64,000 bases of DNA from Sphingomonas sp. GTDB lineage: Bacteria; Pseudomonadota; Alphaproteobacteria; Sphingomonadales; Sphingomonadaceae. Shown one piece after another: positions 1-9,802 of this stretch. Within the stretch, counting starts at the first letter, position 1. Each line of letters begins with the position of its first letter. The stretch spans positions 36,598-100,597 of the forward strand of contig NZ_JANINP010000002.1 of assembly GCF_024508665.1 (NCBI RefSeq), in the 5' to 3' direction. The notes below the pieces were generated by a model. The model searched no databases and was not told the origin of the DNA. It saw only the letters and a program-made list of their open reading frames with translations. Made by a program: the position numbers and the translations under genes.

Positions 1-2
1 CG

Positions 3-617
3 CCGCGGCTCAAGCCCTACATGGCACTGGCCGAAAAGCTGGGCTCGCTGGTCGGACAGCTGACGCACGGCGCCATCGGCCGCATCTCGATCCACGCCGA
101 AGGCGCGGCGGCAGAGCTCAACCAGAAGCCGATCGTCTCGGCGGTGCTGGCCGGGTTCCTCCGCACGCAGACCGACACGGTGAACATGGTCAACGCGCCG
201 TTGCTCGCCAAGGAGCGCGGGATCGAGGTGCGCGAAGTGCGCACCGAGCGCGAGGCCGATTACCACACGCTGATCCGCGTCTCGGTCAAGACCGAAACCG
301 GGGAGCGCTCGGTCGCCGGCACTCTGTTCGGCGATCAGGCTCCGCGCCTGGTCGAATTGTTCGGGATCAAGGTCGAGGCCGACCTGGCGGGTCACATGCT
401 CTACGTCGTCAACGAGGACGCGCCGGGGTTCATCGGCCGCCTCGGCACGTTGCTGGGCGAATCGGGCGTCAATATCGGCACCTTCCATCTCGGCCGCCGC
501 TCGGCCGGCGGCGAAGCGGTGCTGCTGTTGTCGGTCGACGAAGCGGTCGACGCCGATCTCATCGCCCGCGTACGCCAATTGGCGGGCGTGAAGACGGTGA
601 TGGGGCTGAGCTTCTAG
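3..617 (+). CDS. serA: D-3-phosphoglycerate dehydrogenase, C-terminal part (ASB + ACT domains); 5' end lies outside the window
   Basis: Frame is open from the window edge (PRLKPYMALAEKLG). VNMVNAP..A.ERGI.V and NEDAPGFIGRLGTLLGESGVNIGTFHLGR match the SerA regulatory domains. Confidence 0.93.
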   Translation, partial: PRLKPYMALAEKLGSLVGQLTHGAIGRISIHAEGAAAELNQKPIVSAVLAGFLRTQTDTVNMVNAPLLAKERGIEVREVRTEREADYHTLIRVSVKTETGERSVAGTLFGDQAPRLVELFGIKVEADLAGHMLYVVNEDAPGFIGRLGTLLGESGVNIGTFHLGRRSAGGEAVLLLSVDEAVDADLIARVRQLAGVKTVMGLSF

Positions 618-625
618 CCATCTAA

Positions 626-1049
626 CTCCCTCTCCCCTTCGGGGAGAGGGTTGGGGAGAGGGGCAGTGCCTAAAAAGGACAAACGCCAGCTAGAAAACGC
701 GAAAGCGATGCGCAGCGAGCCGACCGGCCCCGAAGCGCGCCTCTGGTACCATCTCCGCGCGAAGCGCCTGATCGGGATCAAGTTCTCGAACCAGGTGTTG
801 ATCGGCCCTTATACCGTCGATTTCGCCGCGCGATCGCGAAAGCTGGTCATCGAACTCGATGGGGATAGCCATGCGGCGCAGGAACGTTATGACGCGCGGC
901 GAACCGCATGGTTGGAAGAGCAAGGATATCGGGTGATCCGTTTCACGAATTCCGACGTGATGACGAATGAGGCGGCGGTGCTGCAGGCAATCATAGATTC
1001 GCTTGCGGCTGCCCCTCTCCCCGGCCCTCTCCCCGGAGGGGAGAGGGAG
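626..1049. mobile_element. DUF559-carrying inverted-repeat element A
   Basis: 39-bp arms at 626-664 and 1011-1049 are inverted repeats (36/39 by hand). Each arm has a perfect CCCTCTCCCC-N3-GGGGAGAGGG hairpin plus an inward GGGGAGAGGGGC tail. They enclose the DUF559 gene. Mobility is inferred. Confidence 0.7.
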
Positions 1050-1061
1050 AAAGATACATGA
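666..1061 (+). CDS. DUF559 / Vsr-like endonuclease domain protein
   Basis: Motifs T.PE.RLW..LR, KF..Q..IG.Y.VDF, KLVIELDG.SH, YD.RR..WLE.QGYRVIRF.N.DV. Probable GTG start at 666 after GGGGAGAGGGG (track start 651). TGA overlaps the hisZ ATG. Confidence 0.88.
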   Translation: MPKKDKRQLENAKAMRSEPTGPEARLWYHLRAKRLIGIKFSNQVLIGPYTVDFAARSRKLVIELDGDSHAAQERYDARRTAWLEEQGYRVIRFTNSDVMTNEAAVLQAIIDSLAAAPLPGPLPGGEREKDT

Positions 1062-2170
1062 CTCACGCGCTGCTCCCTTCCGGCTTTCACGATCGGCTGC
1101 CGCCCGACGCCGATGCGGCGGCGCGGTTGGAGCGGCGTGTGCTCGATGCGGCGCATGCCCATGGCTATGAGCGGGTCGATCCGCCGCTTGCCGAATTCGA
1201 GGATGCATTGGCGCATCGGCTGAAGGCGGCGCGCGCGCAGGACGCCGTGCGTTTCGTCGACCCGATCAGCCAGCGGACTTTGGCGATCCGGCCCGACATC
1301 ACCGCGCAAGTGGGGCGCATCGCGGCGACGCGGATGGGGCACCATCCGCGCCCGCTACGCCTCAGTTACGCCGGATCGGTGCTGCGGCTGCGCGCCTCGG
1401 AACTGTCACCCGAACGCGAGCGGCGCCAAGCCGGATGCGAGCTGATCGGGCTCGATACGATCGCCGCCGCGCAGGAAGTCGTCGCCGTCGCGGTCGAAGC
1501 GCTCGAAGCGGCCGGAGTGACCGGCATCTCGATCGACTTCACCCTGCCCGATTTGCTGAGCACGCTCGCCGCAGGCCCCCTGCCGCTCGACGGCGTGTCG
1601 CTCGATGAGCTCGCCGATCGGCTCGATGCCAAGGATGCCGGTGCGGTCGCGGCGCTGGCGCCGAGCTACCTGCCGATGATCGAGGCAGCCGGACCGTTCG
1701 AAGCAGCGCACGACCGTCTCTGCCGGTTCGATGTCGGTGGCGCGCTGCGCTCGCGGCTCGACGGATTGTGGAAGGTGGCCGAGGCGGTCAAAGGCCGTGT
1801 CGCGCTGACGCTCGATCCGACCGAGCGCCACGGCTTCGAATATCAGACCTGGCTCGGCTTCTCGCTATTCGCCGACGGCGCGCGCGGCGAGATCGGGCGT
1901 GGCGGCAGCTATATGATCGTCCATGAGGATGGCAGTGAGGAAACCGCGATCGGTTTCACGCTGTACATCGACGCGATCGTCGCGGCGGGGCTGACGCACG
2001 ACGAGCGGCGGCGATTGTTCGTGCCGTTGGGCAGCGATCCGGCGTTGGCGGCCAAGTTGCGCAGCGAAGGCTGGGTGACGGTTGCAGCCTTGGAGGCAGG
2101 TGACACGCCCGAGGCGCAGCTCTGTACGCATGTTTTATCAGGTGGTGAGGTTCGCACGATCACCACATAA
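1058..2170 (+). CDS. hisZ: ATP phosphoribosyltransferase regulatory subunit
   Basis: LLPSGFHDRLP, LAIRPDITAQVGRIA, RLSYAGSVLR, ERRQAGCELIG, GRGGSY; conserved position upstream of purA. Confidence 0.93.
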   Translation: MTHALLPSGFHDRLPPDADAAARLERRVLDAAHAHGYERVDPPLAEFEDALAHRLKAARAQDAVRFVDPISQRTLAIRPDITAQVGRIAATRMGHHPRPLRLSYAGSVLRLRASELSPERERRQAGCELIGLDTIAAAQEVVAVAVEALEAAGVTGISIDFTLPDLLSTLAAGPLPLDGVSLDELADRLDAKDAGAVAALAPSYLPMIEAAGPFEAAHDRLCRFDVGGALRSRLDGLWKVAEAVKGRVALTLDPTERHGFEYQTWLGFSLFADGARGEIGRGGSYMIVHEDGSEETAIGFTLYIDAIVAAGLTHDERRRLFVPLGSDPALAAKLRSEGWVTVAALEAGDTPEAQLCTHVLSGGEVRTITT

Positions 2171-2176
2171 CCCAAT

Positions 2177-2263
2177 CGTCACCCCGGACTTGTTCCGGGG
2201 TCCAACGAGCCTCAGGCAGTGCGCCCGCGGATGGTTGGATGCCGGAACAAGTCCGGCATGACG
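2177..2263. repeat. CGTC-tagged REP doublet (inverted pair)
   Basis: CGTCACCCCGGACTTGTTCCGGGGTCCA at 2177-2204 and TGGATGCCGGAACAAGTCCGGCATGACG at 2236-2263. Confidence 0.9.
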
Positions 2264-2285
2264 AACTGAAGCGAAGGAATAGCAA

Positions 2286-3587
2286 GTGGCCAACGTAGCC
2301 GTGATCGGCGCCCAATGGGGTGACGAAGGCAAGGGCAAGATCGTCGACTGGCTGTCGGAGCGCGCCGACGTCGTCGTCCGCTTCCAGGGCGGGCACAATG
2401 CCGGCCACACGCTCGTCATCGACGGCAAGACCTATAAGCTGGCCCTCCTGCCATCGGGCGTCGTGCGCGGCACGCTGAGCGTGATCGGCAACGGCGTGGT
2501 ATTCGACCCCTGGCATTTCCGCGACGAAGTCACGCGGATCGCCGAACAGGGGATCAAGGTCACGCCCGAACTTCTCCACGTTGCCGAGACCGCGCCGCTG
2601 ATCCTGCCGCTGCACCGCGATCTCGACGCGCTGCGCGAGGACGCGCTCGATGCGGGCAATTCCGGGCAGAAGATCGGCACCACGCGCCGCGGGATCGGCC
2701 CGGCCTATGAGGACAAGGTTGGTCGTCGCGCGATCCGCATCTGCGATCTTGCCCATCTCGATCAATTGGGACCGCAGATCGACCGCCTTTGTGCACATCA
2801 CGATGCGTTGCTTGCCGGCTTCGGCAAGCCGCCGGTCGATCGCGAGGCCTTGCTGGCCGAGCTGAGAGAAATCGCCGACTTCGTGCTGCCTTATGCCAAG
2901 CCGGTGTGGGTCACGCTCAACGCGGCGGGCGAGCGCGGCAAGCGCATCCTGTTCGAAGGCGCGCAGGGCGTGCTGCTCGATGTCGACCACGGAACTTATC
3001 CGTTCGTCACCTCGTCCAATACGGTAGCGGGCACTGCCTCCGCGGGATCCGGCCTGGGACCCTCGCGGGTCGGATTCGTGCTCGGGATCGTCAAGGCCTA
3101 TACGACGCGCGTCGGATCGGGCCCCTTCCCGACCGAGCAGGATAACGAGATCGGCGAATATCTCGGCACGCGCGGGCGCGAGTTCGGGGTCAACACCGGG
3201 CGCAAGCGGCGCTGCGGCTGGTTCGACGCCGTGCTCGTCCGGCAGTCGGCGGCGGTCAGCGGCATCACGGGGATCGCGCTCACCAAGCTCGACATCCTCG
3301 ACGGGCTCGACGAGATCAAGATATGCACCGGCTATCGCCTGGGCGACAAGACCTACGACTATCTGCCCCCGCACCCGCTCGATCAGGCGTCGGTGGAGCC
3401 GATCTACGAAACGGTGCCCGGCTGGTCTGAATCGACCGCCGGCGCGCGCAGCTGGGCGGAACTGCCTGCCGCCGCGATCAAATATATCCGCCGCATAGAG
3501 GAACTGATCCGTTGCCCGGTAGCATTGGTGTCGACCAGCCCGGAGCGCAACGACACGATCCTGGTGCGCGATCCGTTTGCGGACTGA
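2286..3587 (+). CDS. purA: adenylosuccinate synthase
   Basis: [57 protein letters not shown]. Confidence 0.98.
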   Translation: MANVAVIGAQWGDEGKGKIVDWLSERADVVVRFQGGHNAGHTLVIDGKTYKLALLPSGVVRGTLSVIGNGVVFDPWHFRDEVTRIAEQGIKVTPELLHVAETAPLILPLHRDLDALREDALDAGNSGQKIGTTRRGIGPAYEDKVGRRAIRICDLAHLDQLGPQIDRLCAHHDALLAGFGKPPVDREALLAELREIADFVLPYAKPVWVTLNAAGERGKRILFEGAQGVLLDVDHGTYPFVTSSNTVAGTASAGSGLGPSRVGFVLGIVKAYTTRVGSGPFPTEQDNEIGEYLGTRGREFGVNTGRKRRCGWFDAVLVRQSAAVSGITGIALTKLDILDGLDEIKICTGYRLGDKTYDYLPPHPLDQASVEPIYETVPGWSESTAGARSWAELPAAAIKYIRRIEELIRCPVALVSTSPERNDTILVRDPFAD

Positions 3588-3624
3588 TCCGGCTTCAGTA
3601 GACCCCGAGCAAATTGAAGAGATA

Positions 3625-3676
3625 GGGCCTGCCCCCGCAGCCAGTGCACGCCAGCACCGGCCACGAGGACAGGCCC
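3625..3676 (-). terminator. long minus-strand hairpin in the 3' region of the TPA-repeat gene (terminator or structured 3' UTR)
   Basis: The minus strand folds into about 23 bp with several G-U pairs that are A-C mismatches on the plus strand. The U-tract is weak. Confidence 0.5.
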
Positions 3677-3739
3677 ATTAGCCCCGACGGACCGCGCCTG
3701 GTCGGGCACGATCCGATTGCATGGGGTGGGCTGGGGCTA

Positions 3740-4048
3740 TCAGTGCTTCTTTTTCTTCTTCTTGCCGGTATCCGCCGACATGTCGGTCGACGCTGACGTA
3801 TCGGACGTCGCGGTCGTATCCGTCGTAGTCGACGGTGTCGTGGCGGAATCGGGGGTTGTGCTCGGCGCCGTCGCGTCGGGCACAGCAGGGGTGGCTGGGG
3901 TGGCCGGCGTCGCAGGGGTTGCCGGGGTACCCATCGAGCCAGGCGTTGCCGGCGTAGCCGGCGTTGCGGGAGTCGCCGGGGTGGTTTGCGCCACCGCAAC
4001 TCCCGAGACGCCGATGATCAAGGCGCCTGCAAGCATGACAAGCTTCAT
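3740..4048 (-). CDS. small secreted low-complexity protein (TPA repeats, poly-Lys tail)
   Basis: Signal peptide MKLVMLAGALIIGVSGVAVA, (TPA)n repeats, T/S/D-rich region, KKKKKKH end; GGAGAG RBS upstream. Confidence 0.8.
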   Translation of the reverse strand: MKLVMLAGALIIGVSGVAVAQTTPATPATPATPATPGSMGTPATPATPATPATPAVPDATAPSTTPDSATTPSTTTDTTATSDTSASTDMSADTGKKKKKKH

Positions 4049-4082
4049 TCGATACTCTCCTGTCCTGAATGGACCGAAGAGG

Positions 4083-4107
4083 AAAAGGCTCAGTAACTAA
4101 AAGGCTC
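4083..4107. promoter_or_regulatory. AAAAGGCTC direct repeat (16-bp period) upstream of the TPA-repeat gene
   Basis: Identical 9-mers at 4083-4091 and 4099-4107. A regulatory role is inferred only. Confidence 0.3.
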
Positions 4108-4187
4108 CGTCGCCGGGGGTCGTTACATCCACGGAATCGAACGGCTTGCCGGTGATTGAGCCTCTATCGGGACTAACCGACGGAAAC

Positions 4188-5264
4188 TCAGCCGTTTTGC
4201 GCGCGATGCAGCAGCTTCTGGTCGGCCAGAACCAATGCCACCATGGCTTCGACGACTGGCACGCCGCGAATGCCGACGCACGGATCGTGCCGCCCCTTGG
4301 TGCGGATGTCGGTCGCATCGCCGTCACGCGTGATCGTTTCGACCGGGGTCAGGATCGAACTGGTCGGTTTGAACGCGACGCGCACACGCACGGGCTGTCC
4401 AGTGGAAATGCCCCCGGCGATGCCACCGGCGTGATTGGACAGGAAATGCGGGCCGCCGGTCTGGTTGCTGCCCGGCCGCATGGCATCGGCATTCTCCTCG
4501 CCGGTCAGCGTCGCGGCGGCGAAGCCGTCCCCGATCTCGACGCCCTTGACCGCGTTGATCCCCATACAGGCATGCGCGAGTTCGGCATCGAGCTTGGCGT
4601 AAAGCGGCGCGCCCCAGCCGGGTGGCACCCCGGTCGCCTCGCAGGCAATCACCGCGCCGAGCGACGATCCTGCCTTACGCGCGTCGTCGACCAGCTTTTC
4701 CCAGCGCGCAGCTGCCTTGGCGTCGGGACAGAAGAACGGGTTATTGTCGATCTCGGCCGGATCGAACCGCGCATGGTCGATCGCATCGCCGCCGATCGCC
4801 TCAACCCAGGCAAGGATCGAGACTTCCGGAATGACCAGCCGCGCGACCGCACCCGCCGCGACCCGGCTCGCGGTCTCGCGCGCCGACGAGCGACCGCCGC
4901 CACGATAGTCGCGGAAGCCATATTTGGCGTCATAGGCGTAATCGGCATGGCCAGGACGATAAGCCTGCGCCACTTCCGAATAGTCCTTCGACCGCTGGTC
5001 GAGATTCTCGATCATCAGGCTGATCGGCGTGCCGGTGGTGCGGCCTTCGAACGTGCCCGACAGGATGCGTACGCGGTCCGGCTCCTGGCGCTGCGTGGTG
5101 AAGCGCGACTGGCCCGGACGGCGGCGGTCGAGGAACGGCTGGATATCGTCTTCGCTCAGGCTCAGCCCCGGCGGACAACCATCGACAACCGCGCCGATCG
5201 CGGGACCGTGACTCTCCCCCCAGGTGGAGAAGCGAAAGACGTGGCCGAAGGAGTTGTAGCTCAT
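4188..5264 (-). CDS. aroC: chorismate synthase
   Basis: [45 protein letters not shown]. True start at 5264; the track extension to 5339 is repeat-derived. Confidence 0.97.
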   Translation of the reverse strand: MSYNSFGHVFRFSTWGESHGPAIGAVVDGCPPGLSLSEDDIQPFLDRRRPGQSRFTTQRQEPDRVRILSGTFEGRTTGTPISLMIENLDQRSKDYSEVAQAYRPGHADYAYDAKYGFRDYRGGGRSSARETASRVAAGAVARLVIPEVSILAWVEAIGGDAIDHARFDPAEIDNNPFFCPDAKAAARWEKLVDDARKAGSSLGAVIACEATGVPPGWGAPLYAKLDAELAHACMGINAVKGVEIGDGFAAATLTGEENADAMRPGSNQTGGPHFLSNHAGGIAGGISTGQPVRVRVAFKPTSSILTPVETITRDGDATDIRTKGRHDPCVGIRGVPVVEAMVALVLADQKLLHRAQNG

Positions 5265-5662
5265 TGACCCCTCTCCCCTTGAGGGAGGCTCGGCGCAGCC
5301 GAGTGGGAGGGTGAGGGGTCGAGTGCTTCGCGAACGCACGCCACTACGCCGTCCGGATTCCGCACCACATCGTCGTTCGAAAACCGGATCACCCGAAACC
5401 CTTCGCTTTCGAGCCGCGCGGTACGCCGCTCATCATAATCCTGCTGATGCGCATGCGTGTCCCCGTCAACCTCGATAACGAGCTTCGCCGCGGCACAATA
5501 GAAGTCGACAAGATAACCGCAGAGCCACGTCTGCTTACGGATCTTGGCATCCGCGATCTGACGGTTACGCAACGCTGACCAGAGTTTCTTTTCCGGCTCG
5601 GTCGGCTCGTGCCTCACCCGGCGCTGGAATTCGAGCGGCTCTTCGCCAGGCGGTCGCTTCAT
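5261..5662 (-). CDS. DUF559 / Vsr-like endonuclease domain protein (second copy)
   Basis: [53 protein letters not shown]. About 47% identical to copy 1 over 101 aa by hand. TGA overlaps the aroC ATG. Confidence 0.88.
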   Translation of the reverse strand: MKRPPGEEPLEFQRRVRHEPTEPEKKLWSALRNRQIADAKIRKQTWLCGYLVDFYCAAAKLVIEVDGDTHAHQQDYDERRTARLESEGFRVIRFSNDDVVRNPDGVVACVREALDPSPSHSAAPSLPQGERGQ

Positions 5663-5726
5663 CTCCCCCTCACCCTCCCACCGCCTTCGGCGGCGGGCCC
5701 CTCCCTCTCCCCTAAAGGGAGAGGGG
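5266..5726. mobile_element. DUF559-carrying inverted-repeat element B (long-arm subtype)
   Basis: Arms at 5266-5320 and 5666-5726 in inverted orientation: CCCCTCTCCC hairpin, an extra inner hairpin (CTCGGC-GCA-GCCGAG or CCGCC-GAA-GGCGG), and a TGGGAGGGTGAGGGG tail. Confidence 0.68.
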
Positions 5727-5733
5727 TTATCAA

Positions 5734-6537
5734 TCACACCAATGCGATATCCGGGGCGTCTTCCGCCTTCATGCCGATGACGTGATAGCCGGCGTCGACA
5801 TGATGGACTTCGCCGGTGACGCCCGAAGACAGGTCGCTCAGGAAATACAGCGCGGAGCCGCCGACATCTTCGATCGTGACATTGCGCTTGAGCGGCGAAT
5901 TGAGCTCGTTCCACTTCAGGATCAGGCGGAAATCGCCGATCCCGCTCGCCGCCAGGGTCTTGATCGGGCCCGCCGAGATCGCGTTGACGCGGATATTGTC
6001 GCGGCCGAGATCGACCGCGAGATATTGCACGCTGGTCTCCAGCGCCGACTTGGCGATACCCATCACATTGTAATGCGGCACGACCTTCTCGGCACCATAA
6101 TAGCTGAGCGTCAGCAGCGAGCCGCCATTCGGCATCATCGCCGCGGCGCGCTGCGCCACTGCGGTGAACGAATAGACGCTGATGTTCATCGTCATCAGGA
6201 AATTGTCGAGCGTCGTATCGGCATAACGGCCGCGCAGCTCGTTCTTGTCCGAAAAGCCGATCGCATGGACGACGAAATCGATCGTCGGCCAGCGCGCCTT
6301 GAGAGCATCAAAGGCGGTATCGAGCGCCGCCATATCGCTGACGTCGCAATCGATCAGGAAGTCCGAGCCGAGTTCGGCGGCGAGCGGCCGCACGCGCTTC
6401 TCGAGTGCCTCCCCCTGATAACTGAACGCCAATTCGGCGCCCGCCTCGGCCAGCTTCTTGGCGATACCCCAGGCCAGCGAGCGGTCGTTGGCCAGGCCCA
6501 TGATCAGCCCGCGCTTACCCTGCATCAGTCCGGTCAT
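5734..6537 (-). CDS. fabI: enoyl-ACP reductase FabI
   Basis: GLIMGLANDRSLAWGIA, YNVMGIAKSALE, RVNAISAGPIKTLAASGI. Confidence 0.97.
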   Translation of the reverse strand: MTGLMQGKRGLIMGLANDRSLAWGIAKKLAEAGAELAFSYQGEALEKRVRPLAAELGSDFLIDCDVSDMAALDTAFDALKARWPTIDFVVHAIGFSDKNELRGRYADTTLDNFLMTMNISVYSFTAVAQRAAAMMPNGGSLLTLSYYGAEKVVPHYNVMGIAKSALETSVQYLAVDLGRDNIRVNAISAGPIKTLAASGIGDFRLILKWNELNSPLKRNVTIEDVGGSALYFLSDLSSGVTGEVHHVDAGYHVIGMKAEDAPDIALV

Positions 6538-7478
6538 GCCGCTTCAATCTCCGTTTCCGTTGTTGGACCGTCCCTTACGTCCTTCAACGGCGTTTCGGCT
6601 AGTGCCGCGTTGAGGTGCGCGCCGATCGAAATACCGAGGCCGACGATCCAGAAGAACAACAAGGTAACGATCACCCCAGCCAGGCTGCCGTAGGTGAGGT
6701 CGTAATTGCTGAGGTTCGACAGGAACACCGGCAACAACAAGGTGGCGCTGATCCACCAGGCCGTGGTGAACGCCGCGCCCGGCCAGCGCGGACAGCCTTT
6801 CGCCCGATATTTGCCCGGCGTGACCGACAGAAACAGCATGTAGAGCGCGGCATACATGACGAGCGCGGGAATGATGCGGGACCAGCCGACCCATTGGCCG
6901 AACTCGGCCGCCCAGGGGAGCATCCGGTAAATGAATTGCTCCGCCGCGGTCAGCACGCCTTGGATCAGAAATGCCAGCAACGCCAGCACGACCGATCCGA
7001 TGATCACGGCCATCGATCCCAGCCGATAATGCCAGAACGGCTTTTCGAAGGTCACGCCATAGGCACGGCGGAAGATGTCGCGGATCGTCTCGACGAAACT
7101 GCCCACCGACCAGAGCGCCACCAAACCGCCAAGCACGAGCAGCGAGCCGGTCCGCGCAGCCAGGACGTCGGCGATCGGCTTGCGCAACAGGCCCGAGACG
7201 CTGGGCGGCAGGGTAAAGAGGAACGAATCGACCGCGCGCAGGGCGTCCGCGCTCTGCCCGAAGATCGACGCGATCGCCGCCGCCAGGATAAAGAACGGAA
7301 AGACCGTCAGCAGCGCCAGATAGGCGATGTTGCCGGCATACATGAAGCCATTGGCGAAAATGCCGACGAAGACGCGCTTGGTGACGATCCAGGCGCGCGT
7401 CGGCAGCGGCTTCCCGTCCCGTTCGCGATAACCGCGAAGCCCGCGCGCTTCAGGGGAAAGGGGCGAAAGATGCGACAT
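6534..7478 (-). CDS. YihY/virulence factor BrkB family membrane protein
   Basis: AGNIAYLALLTVFPF, YDLTYGSLAGVIVTLLFFWI; six hydrophobic segments. Confidence 0.88.
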   Translation of the reverse strand: MSHLSPLSPEARGLRGYRERDGKPLPTRAWIVTKRVFVGIFANGFMYAGNIAYLALLTVFPFFILAAAIASIFGQSADALRAVDSFLFTLPPSVSGLLRKPIADVLAARTGSLLVLGGLVALWSVGSFVETIRDIFRRAYGVTFEKPFWHYRLGSMAVIIGSVVLALLAFLIQGVLTAAEQFIYRMLPWAAEFGQWVGWSRIIPALVMYAALYMLFLSVTPGKYRAKGCPRWPGAAFTTAWWISATLLLPVFLSNLSNYDLTYGSLAGVIVTLLFFWIVGLGISIGAHLNAALAETPLKDVRDGPTTETEIEAA

Positions 7479-7496
7479 ACAGGACCGTAACCGACG

Positions 7497-8423
7497 TCAG
7501 ACGCCGAGGTTGCCGCGCGGATTCCTGTCCTTGTCCTTCCATCCCTGGACGAACTCGACCAGGGCGTCGTCGTCGACCGGCAGGTCGACCATCAGCGTGA
7601 CGAGTTGATCGCCCCGCCCGCCGCCTTTCTTGTGGAATCCCTTGCCCTTGAGCCGCAGCGTCTTGCCCGAGGTCGATCCCTTGGGAACGGTCAGCATCAC
7701 CGCGCCATCGGCGGTCGGCACGCGAACGCTCGCGCCCAGCACGGCTTCGGACAGGCTGATCGGCAAATCGATCCGGATATCGTCGCCGTCGCGGGTGAAG
7801 AAACGGTGCGGCTGGATCTCGATCGTGACGATCGCGTCGCCATTGCCGCCGGGACCGGCCTGACCCTTGCCGCTCAGGCGCATCTGCGTCCCCGATTCGA
7901 CTCCCGCCGGCAGCTTGAGATCGATCGTCTTGCCGTCGGCGAGCGTGATCCGCTGCGGCGCCAGGGTCGCGGCGTCGGTGAACGGAACGGTCAGACGATA
8001 GGCGACATTGGCACCCTTGGGCTGCGCACGACGTCCGAAGCCGCCAGCAAAGCCGCCAGCACCACCGGGTCGGCCACGGCCGCCGAACAGGCCTTCGAAC
8101 AGGTCGCTGAAGTCGCCCGCCTGCTCGCTGCCGAAATCGGCGCGGAAGCCGCCTTGCGGCCCGCCGCCGCCACCGCCGAACCCGAACGGCGCGGCTGGAT
8201 TGCCGTCGCCGTCGATCTCGCCGCGGTCGAAGCGCGCGCGCTTGTCCTTGTCGCTCAGCAGGTCATAGGCCGACGTCACCTGGCTGAACTTCTCCGCCGC
8301 CTTGGGATTGTCGGTGTTGCGGTCGGGATGCAATTCCTTCGCAAGCTTGCGATAGGCTTTCTTGATATCCGCTTCGGTCGCGGTGCGGGATACGCCCAGC
8401 AGGGTATAGGGATCAGCTGCCAT
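7497..8423 (-). CDS. DnaJ-class chaperone without zinc finger (CbpA-like)
   Basis: J domain with HPD, G/F-rich linker, C-terminal domain ([26 protein letters not shown]). Confidence 0.92.
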   Translation of the reverse strand: MAADPYTLLGVSRTATEADIKKAYRKLAKELHPDRNTDNPKAAEKFSQVTSAYDLLSDKDKRARFDRGEIDGDGNPAAPFGFGGGGGGPQGGFRADFGSEQAGDFSDLFEGLFGGRGRPGGAGGFAGGFGRRAQPKGANVAYRLTVPFTDAATLAPQRITLADGKTIDLKLPAGVESGTQMRLSGKGQAGPGGNGDAIVTIEIQPHRFFTRDGDDIRIDLPISLSEAVLGASVRVPTADGAVMLTVPKGSTSGKTLRLKGKGFHKKGGGRGDQLVTLMVDLPVDDDALVEFVQGWKDKDRNPRGNLGV

Positions 8424-8473
8424 CTTGGGGCGCTATTTGGGGGATTGCGCGGCAGAGCGCAAATGAAGAGCGT

Positions 8474-8896
8474 TCAATCCGAGAGCATGTCGAGCGTTAA
8501 ATGATCGCCGAACGCCGATGACAGCCGCTGTCGCTGAGCGATGACGCGGAGATCGGCTGGCAGATCGGATGTGTGAATAGCGCATGCCGGTACGGCGACT
8601 AGCTGGTAGGCTCCGATACTTGCTCGGCGGGTGCGATGAACGTCCGTCCAGTCGAAAACGAACAACCCGCGCCTGGCCAGCTCGAGAAAGCTCGTCATAT
8701 CGCCATCCTCGACGAGGGCATTGGCCGTCCCGACAACCGGTAACTGACGAAGTCTATGCTCCAGATCGGATAGATCGACGGGGCCATCGAAAACGCTTTC
8801 CGGAAGCGGGCCGGCGCCGGCGGTCACGACCGCCGCTAAACAGTCCGCGATGTCGCTGACGAGCCAGACACAGTCGTATCCTGCTGCGTCGATCAT
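8474..8896 (-). CDS. hypothetical protein (140 aa)
   Basis: ATG at 8896, 5 nt after the transglutaminase stop. It fills the gap to dnaJ and has balanced composition; no family recognised. Confidence 0.6.
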   Translation of the reverse strand: MIDAAGYDCVWLVSDIADCLAAVVTAGAGPLPESVFDGPVDLSDLEHRLRQLPVVGTANALVEDGDMTSFLELARRGLFVFDWTDVHRTRRASIGAYQLVAVPACAIHTSDLPADLRVIAQRQRLSSAFGDHLTLDMLSD

Positions 8897-8901
8897 TGAT
8901 T

Positions 8902-9792
8902 TCAAGCCGATACGTCGTCCACCGGCGCAACGTCGACGGACACGTCCATCTTCTGCGCCCCCGATCCCAGCACGATGCCGTCGATCGGCGCGATCTCGGC
9001 ATAGTCGCGGCCCATGGCCATGATGATATGGTCGCCCGCCATCCAGATGCCGTTGGTTGGGTCCACCCCAACCCAACCGCGCGCCGGACCGCACCAAAGC
9101 ATCACCCAGGCATGCGTTGCATCAGCACCGATCAGCCGCTCCTGCCCGGGCGGCGGGATCGTGCGGATATAGCCGCTGACATAGGCAGCCGGCAGGCCGG
9201 CGGCGCGCAAGCCGGTGATCATGATCTGGGTCAGATCCTGGCACACGCCACGGCGTTTCAGGAACGCTTCGCGCGGCGGCGTGTCTACCAATGTCGCCGC
9301 CGGATCGAACGCGAACTCGCGCTGGATGCGCCGCGCCAAGGCGATGCCGGCTTCCAGCGCGTTGCGATCGGGATCGAGATCCTGCGCACACCACGCCGCG
9401 ATATCGGCGTCGAGCGGGATCAGCGGCGACGGATAGAGATAGGCCGACGGCCCGGCGGGCGAGAGGTCGCGATTGGCGCGCGCAAAAGCCGCGACCCCGG
9501 CCAGAGTCGGGTCGTCGGGCTGCGGCACCGGCACCGGGCGGTCGACCACGACGCGCGAGACGCTTTCGATCGTCAGGGTGCGGACGCGTTCGGTGACGAC
9601 CAGCCGCGTGAGGTTGGCGAGCCCCGCTTCGGCCAGCGCCGGCCGCGTCTCGCCGGCCGGCGTTATCGTCAGTTCGTAACGCTCGACCCTCTGCCCCGAC
9701 CACAGGATCGGCTTGAGCCGCAGGTTACAGCGCGCGAAAGCGACCGGCCGACCGTAATCGAACCGCGTGACGTGCCGGATATCGTAGATCAC
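8902..9792 (-). CDS. transglutaminase family protein (bacterial transglutaminase-like N domain + catalytic core)
   Basis: GTG start VIYDIRHVTRFDY; RGVCQD, AAYVSGY, DATHAWV..W, GWVGVDPTN, GRDY.EIAPIDG. Confidence 0.92.
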   Translation of the reverse strand: MIYDIRHVTRFDYGRPVAFARCNLRLKPILWSGQRVERYELTITPAGETRPALAEAGLANLTRLVVTERVRTLTIESVSRVVVDRPVPVPQPDDPTLAGVAAFARANRDLSPAGPSAYLYPSPLIPLDADIAAWCAQDLDPDRNALEAGIALARRIQREFAFDPAATLVDTPPREAFLKRRGVCQDLTQIMITGLRAAGLPAAYVSGYIRTIPPPGQERLIGADATHAWVMLWCGPARGWVGVDPTNGIWMAGDHIIMAMGRDYAEIAPIDGIVLGSGAQKMDVSVDVAPVDDVSA

Positions 9793-9802
9793 GCCCCAAA
9801 TC

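Noticed and set aside
624-1051. AA dinucleotide on both sides of element A as a target-site duplication
   Set aside because: Not reproduced at the other six copies; the flanks are simply AT-rich.
5265-5914. Extended N-termini in the ORF track for aroC (5339), DUF559-B (5914), ispG (48652), tolR (61898), DUF4167 (35073) and the transglutaminase (10185)
   Set aside because: The extensions run through repeats or other genes; homologous starts with RBS lie further downstream.
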